Source of the DNA: an uncultured delta proteobacterium
Lineage (GTDB): Bacteria; Myxococcota_A; Polyangia; Haliangiales; Haliangiaceae
Assembly (NCBI GenBank): GCA_963848295.1
Contig: CAWKDB010000010.1
Coordinates: 3,136,001-3,200,000, forward strand
Direction of reading: 5' to 3'
Length of the DNA stretch: 64,000 nucleotides
The notes beneath the pieces are model-generated. The model did not search any database and was not told the DNA's origin. It saw only the letters and a program-made list of their open reading frames with translations. The translations under genes were made by a program, and so were the position numbers. Below are positions 59,939 through 64,000 of this stretch, in pieces (the stretch's first letter is position 1; the number at the start of each line of letters is the position of its first letter).

Positions 59939-60754
59939 CTAGTCCGCTGGTAACAGCTCTTTGAGCCGAACCCCGATCGCGTGCGTTCGAGCATGGCCCA
60001 GCAACATGGTATTGCCTGCTCCGAAAAAGGTGCAGGCCCACTCATGTGCCGCGGTCTCCATGTCACCACGGACCTTCTTTACGATGTCCGGCATCGGTCG
60101 CAGATTGCGGGCGGCCCCAATGGCCCTCTGGAGGACTCGCTTCGGGTTCTTTGTGTCCGTCCAACCGGAGGGCCAACCCTTTACTTGCCTTCCGGTCACC
60201 CCAAGCGCCTGCCGAACTCCATCCTCGTGGCGCATGAGTCCCTCGAACATCGGATCCATGCATATCGCAAGGACTGCCCCGGTTTCGAGCACCGGAACTC
60301 TTGTGCGCGCCGAGGGAGCATGGCGTCCTTGCAGTTCCGCGAGCCGCTCGGTGGCCCATTCTTTCCAGCGTTGAGGCAGCTTAGCGTTGTTGGAGAGAGC
60401 CTCGTACAGCCACAAGGTCTCGTGCCAGCGACAAGGCGTTGCCTCGGGATCCCATGGCGGTTGGAGATCCCATGCAACCACTGCGGCGTCAAAAGGCGAC
60501 CGCTCGAGTTCTGCCGCGATGAGCTCATCGATGCCAACGCTCGTTCCGCTCGTCTTTGAACGCAGCTTCTTGATGGCAGGATCAAGCGCAACCAGGTGCT
60601 TCTTGTTGATTGGGACTACACGCTCCACTCGCGTCACGCCTAGAACCCGAGGAATCACTTCGAGCCAAAGCTCGGGAAACCAGTCGCCGCTGGCTCGCCG
60701 TTTCTCGCCTAGGCTGCCTTCGGCAAATAGCACAACGCGCGCGGGCGGCATCAT
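59939..60754 (-). CDS. Hypothetical protein with TOPRIM-like start
   Basis: VVLFAEG and AVVAWD; ATGA-coupled to the ATPase; atypical composition. Confidence 0.65.
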   Translation of the reverse strand: MMPPARVVLFAEGSLGEKRRASGDWFPELWLEVIPRVLGVTRVERVVPINKKHLVALDPAIKKLRSKTSGTSVGIDELIAAELERSPFDAAVVAWDLQPPWDPEATPCRWHETLWLYEALSNNAKLPQRWKEWATERLAELQGRHAPSARTRVPVLETGAVLAICMDPMFEGLMRHEDGVRQALGVTGRQVKGWPSGWTDTKNPKRVLQRAIGAARNLRPMPDIVKKVRGDMETAAHEWACTFFGAGNTMLLGHARTHAIGVRLKELLPAD

Positions 60755-61998
60755 TCTCCGGGTTCATTGACGTAGCGCGCTCCCGGCGGAACGCTCGCCG
60801 AGAAGCGTTTTGCTTCTTCGCGATCGCGGAACGGCTTGTAATGCGTTTCGCCGGCTTCTCGCCTTACTTGGAGCACATCGTCGAGTTCAACGTGATCTAG
60901 AAGCCAAGGAGAGTGCGTCGTGACCAACACCTGTGTGCCGCGATCGCTGGCTGAGCGCAGCACCTTGAGCACGCGGAGCACCGTCCAAGGATCGAGCCCG
61001 TTCTCAATCTCCTCAATACACAACAAGGATGGTGGAGGGTCGCGATTGAGCAGGGCGAAGATCGCGGTAATTCGACGTGTTCCCTCCGACAACATCCAAG
61101 CGGGAATCGGGAATCGACCCTTTCCTTTCCGACCTTGAAACGGCATGACCTCGGTCAAGGAGTAATGCACCGGCTCGTCTCGAGAGCCCCTCGGCTTCGA
61201 TACCTGCACGTCGGTGATGTCCGGGAGCACGTTCTGGATCTCTTCGACCAGAGCTGCACGTTGCTCCTTGTTCAGCTCGCTCAGCAACGCGGGGAGCATG
61301 TGGCCCTCCTCATCGAGGAGCGGATCGAAGGACTTGCGCTTTGCGGGAGAGTCCATCGCTAGGCGGTTCGGACTCAGCCTGAGGAAGACGGCTCTGCGCC
61401 AGAAGTCCACGAGGTTTCCCACTGGATCCTCGGCGCTACTCTTGAACTGCACGCGTGACGCAGCGCCCAACGCCAAACGATCTGGATCATCGAATTGGCG
61501 CTGACGTTTCGGATCATCTGCGTATAGATTGCGAGCGCCGGGCTGCATGCGCTTCGGGTCGCCCTCTTCGGAGGTCTGAATGAGTCGCTGCTGCCTGCCG
61601 CTTGCGGGCTTGAGGGTAAGCCGTTCGGCGCCGATCAACGGTGTTGCACGATCGCTACCCTCGAACACCTTTACCTCGTAGTCGAGATCCGCAGGTTCCT
61701 CTGCATCTTCCCGGACCCACGTGAGTCTCAACCTGAAATACTTCGGCGTCTTTTGAGAGCGGACGTTGATGAGATCGTGAATTCCTCTGTATCGGTTGGA
61801 TGCTGTCCGGGCGTCCTGCCGAAGTGTCGTGTCGAGCCATTGGAGAGCTTCGAGCAACGTGCTCTTGCCCGAGCCGTTACGACCAATGACCACCGTGAAG
61901 GGCCGTAGCTGAATAGCAGGCGGTTTGAAGGCGGCCTTGAACCGTTCTAGCGTCACGGAACTAAGGCGGAGCTGTGGATCACCGCCATCATGCCTCAT
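60751..61998 (-). CDS. Soluble ABC-type ATPase (AAA_21-like)
   Basis: GRNGSGKS, LSEGT, CIEEIENGLDP, VTTHSP; no TM segments. Confidence 0.92.
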   Translation of the reverse strand: MRHDGGDPQLRLSSVTLERFKAAFKPPAIQLRPFTVVIGRNGSGKSTLLEALQWLDTTLRQDARTASNRYRGIHDLINVRSQKTPKYFRLRLTWVREDAEEPADLDYEVKVFEGSDRATPLIGAERLTLKPASGRQQRLIQTSEEGDPKRMQPGARNLYADDPKRQRQFDDPDRLALGAASRVQFKSSAEDPVGNLVDFWRRAVFLRLSPNRLAMDSPAKRKSFDPLLDEEGHMLPALLSELNKEQRAALVEEIQNVLPDITDVQVSKPRGSRDEPVHYSLTEVMPFQGRKGKGRFPIPAWMLSEGTRRITAIFALLNRDPPPSLLCIEEIENGLDPWTVLRVLKVLRSASDRGTQVLVTTHSPWLLDHVELDDVLQVRREAGETHYKPFRDREEAKRFSASVPPGARYVNEPGE

Positions 61999-62197
61999 CG
62001 CTGCGTCTCCACGTCGATGATACTGATACCACTGTTGTCTCGGCCGCGGCGAGCGGCGGAACGATCAAGAGCTTGAAGAACGGGGCGCCGGCGCACGGAT
62101 TAGAGTGATGAGAACGAATCCAGAGTAGCAGCGTAGGCAGTCTTGCGCTGGCGGGATCCGTGGTGTTGCGAACCTGACGCCCGGATATACTTCTGCC

Positions 62198-62758
62198 ATG
62201 CGCGCCATTTGGCTCGAGGTGCCCGAGAGTTTTCTCGAGGAACGTCGACGGTACGGCCAGGACAAGAAGGACGAGCTCTGGGACGGAGTCCTTCATATCG
62301 TCCCGCAGCCGAAGACCATCCACGAGGATGTCGCGGCTCGGCTCATCGTTGCGCTCTTCGAAATCGTCAACCGTCGAAGCCTCAAATTCTGTCGCGCCGG
62401 TGTGTTTCGCGGCGAGGACAACTATCGGGTACCCGACCTGACCATCGCGAAGCCCGAGCACGTCTCGGAGCGTGGTTTCGAAGGCGCGGAGCTGATCATC
62501 GAAGTGCTGTCGCCGCACGACGAGAGCCGCGACAAGCTGCCGTTCTACGCGAGCGTCGGCGTCCGCGAGGTCTGGCTGATCGAGCCGCGCACGCGCACGA
62601 CCGACGTGCTCGCGCTGCGCGACGATCGCTATGCGCCGGTGCCGTGGATCGCCCGCCGCGCGCGCTCGCCGGAGCTCGGCATCGAGCTCGAGCGGGTCGC
62701 GACCGCCGAAGGCCCGACGCTCGAGCTGATCGACGGCGACGACGTCACGGTCGTCTAG
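62198..62758 (+). CDS. Uma2 family PD-(D/E)xK endonuclease-like protein
   Basis: ELWDG, VPDL, IIEVLSP, DKLPFY, GVREVWLIEP. Confidence 0.92.
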   Translation: MRAIWLEVPESFLEERRRYGQDKKDELWDGVLHIVPQPKTIHEDVAARLIVALFEIVNRRSLKFCRAGVFRGEDNYRVPDLTIAKPEHVSERGFEGAELIIEVLSPHDESRDKLPFYASVGVREVWLIEPRTRTTDVLALRDDRYAPVPWIARRARSPELGIELERVATAEGPTLELIDGDDVTVV

Positions 62759-63840
62759 CGATCGAGCGACAGCTCGACGAGCTCGAGCTTGCCGTGGCGC
62801 CGGCCGAGCGTGACCGCGATCGGGCCGCGCAGGACCTCTTGCGCCATCACGCGGTCGTCGCTGTCGCCGTCGAGCAGCGCGCCCGGGACCCCGGGACCGA
62901 GCATGAGCGTGCCGATGTGCGGATGCGGGCTGCGGATCTCCGACTCGCTCCAGTCGAACTTGCCGCCCTTGTCATCGGTCACGACGAGGAGGCCCTCGTC
63001 GAGCGCGACCGTCCACGCGCCGCCGCCGTCACGCCACTCGATGCGCATGCGGTAGTTCGCGTGCGCTGCCTTCGGATCGACGAGGTAACGCGCGATGTCG
63101 GCGGTGTGAAACAGATCCGGCATCGCGAGCCGAAACTTCACGAGCAGGACGTCGTCGCGATGGCCGGTGACCTTGCCGAGGATGACGAGCGGCCGCGGCC
63201 AGCCGCGGTTCCAGCTGACCGACACGCTGGCGTCCCAGCCACCGACGCTCAGCTGTGGCGGCGGAACGTCGACCGCGGTGAACCCGAGCACCGTGGCCGG
63301 CAGGTTCTCGGTGCCGTTGACCGACAGCGTCCAAGGCGAGTCGATCACCTTCGCGCCGTCGTTCGATAGTACCTCGAGCGGACCCTCGAAGTGCCAGGCG
63401 ATCGGCTTACCGGCGAAGCGATCGCGCAGCTGCCCGAACGTGACGAGGCTGGGCGCGACGAGGTGCGCGTCGAAGTCGTAGAAGCCGCGGAGCTGGATCG
63501 CGTCGTCGAGCGTCAGGCCGTCGGGCGCTTCGCCGGAGAATTGCCACTCGCCGGTCTTGCTCAAGAACGCGACGACGCGCGTGCCCGGCTTGAAATAGAC
63601 ATGCCCGCCCGCGGTCGTCACGACGAGGTCGCCGGACTTCTTGCCGCGCAGCGCCGACTCGACATGGAGCTTCACGGCGAGCGACTCGGTCCCGGGATGC
63701 GCCGGGCCCACGAACGTCGCGACGACGACGTCGGGTGACGTCTTGATCACGTCGTCGAGCGACGTCGCCATCGGGTGCGCCGAGGCAATCGCCGAAACCG
63801 CCATCGCCGCCGCGATCGCGACGGCCCGCGCCGCGCTCAC
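62755..63840 (-). CDS. Secreted hypothetical protein
   Basis: Signal peptide ending ASA; GTG overlaps upstream stop. Confidence 0.75.
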   Translation of the reverse strand: MSAARAVAIAAAMAVSAIASAHPMATSLDDVIKTSPDVVVATFVGPAHPGTESLAVKLHVESALRGKKSGDLVVTTAGGHVYFKPGTRVVAFLSKTGEWQFSGEAPDGLTLDDAIQLRGFYDFDAHLVAPSLVTFGQLRDRFAGKPIAWHFEGPLEVLSNDGAKVIDSPWTLSVNGTENLPATVLGFTAVDVPPPQLSVGGWDASVSVSWNRGWPRPLVILGKVTGHRDDVLLVKFRLAMPDLFHTADIARYLVDPKAAHANYRMRIEWRDGGGAWTVALDEGLLVVTDDKGGKFDWSESEIRSPHPHIGTLMLGPGVPGALLDGDSDDRVMAQEVLRGPIAVTLGRRHGKLELVELSLDR

Positions 63841-64000
63841 GTCGCCGCTTCGCCGTGGCACTTCTTGTATTTCTTGCCCGAGCCGCACGGGCACGGCTCG
63901 TTGCGGCCGACCTTCGCGGTGGACACGAACGTGCCTTGGCGCTCGCCCGGGCGGCGGCCGGTGAGCGCGGCGTCGAACGCCTCGACGACGACCTCGGTCG
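63837..64000 (-). CDS. C-terminus of a SEC-C motif protein (possibly SecA); partial
   Basis: [21 protein letters not shown]. Confidence 0.85.
   Translation of the reverse strand, partial: TEVVVEAFDAALTGRRPGERQGTFVSTAKVGRNEPCPCGSGKKYKKCHGEAAT

Noticed and set aside
63837..64000. Assigning the symbol secA
   Set aside because: Only the SEC-C tail is visible and it occurs in several other protein families.

Overview
High-GC bacterial chromosome segment. Gene content (MYXO-CTERM protein, myxobacterial-type ECF sigma factor with a Ser/Thr kinase, many lipoproteins) suggests Myxococcota, possibly Kofleriaceae/Haliangium-like; this is inferred. About 60 CDSs: housekeeping (thiolase, metK, hisD/hisC, dtd, rtcA/rtcB, MscS, peptide transporters), secreted hydrolases and lipoproteins (S9, M16, M36-like, GH5, GH38, esterase, c-type cytochromes) and several accessory elements. 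No rRNA, tRNA or cas gene was recognised. Most notable structures: (1) a dispersed ~27-bp repeat (GGTGACGCTGTCTCTTTTGTCAACTTGCGC-like, 11 copies) forming fixed-period 73-76 bp doublets; two inverted pairs of doublets bracket cargo DNA and the repeats overlap host gene ends; (2) a RAYT-type HUH/Y1 transposase flanked by inverted arrays of a second short repeat, with a sigma54-like promoter; (3) an A/T-richer ABC-ATPase plus TOPRIM-like gene pair (candidate defence module); (4) a four-helix-bundle gene whose 3' end lies on the opposite strand across 12-bp inverted repeats next to an IS1380 fragment; (5) a pervasive leaderless-type promoter layout. Several single-base frameshifts (hisD twice, a lipoprotein, the truC-like and four-helix genes) may be assembly errors.
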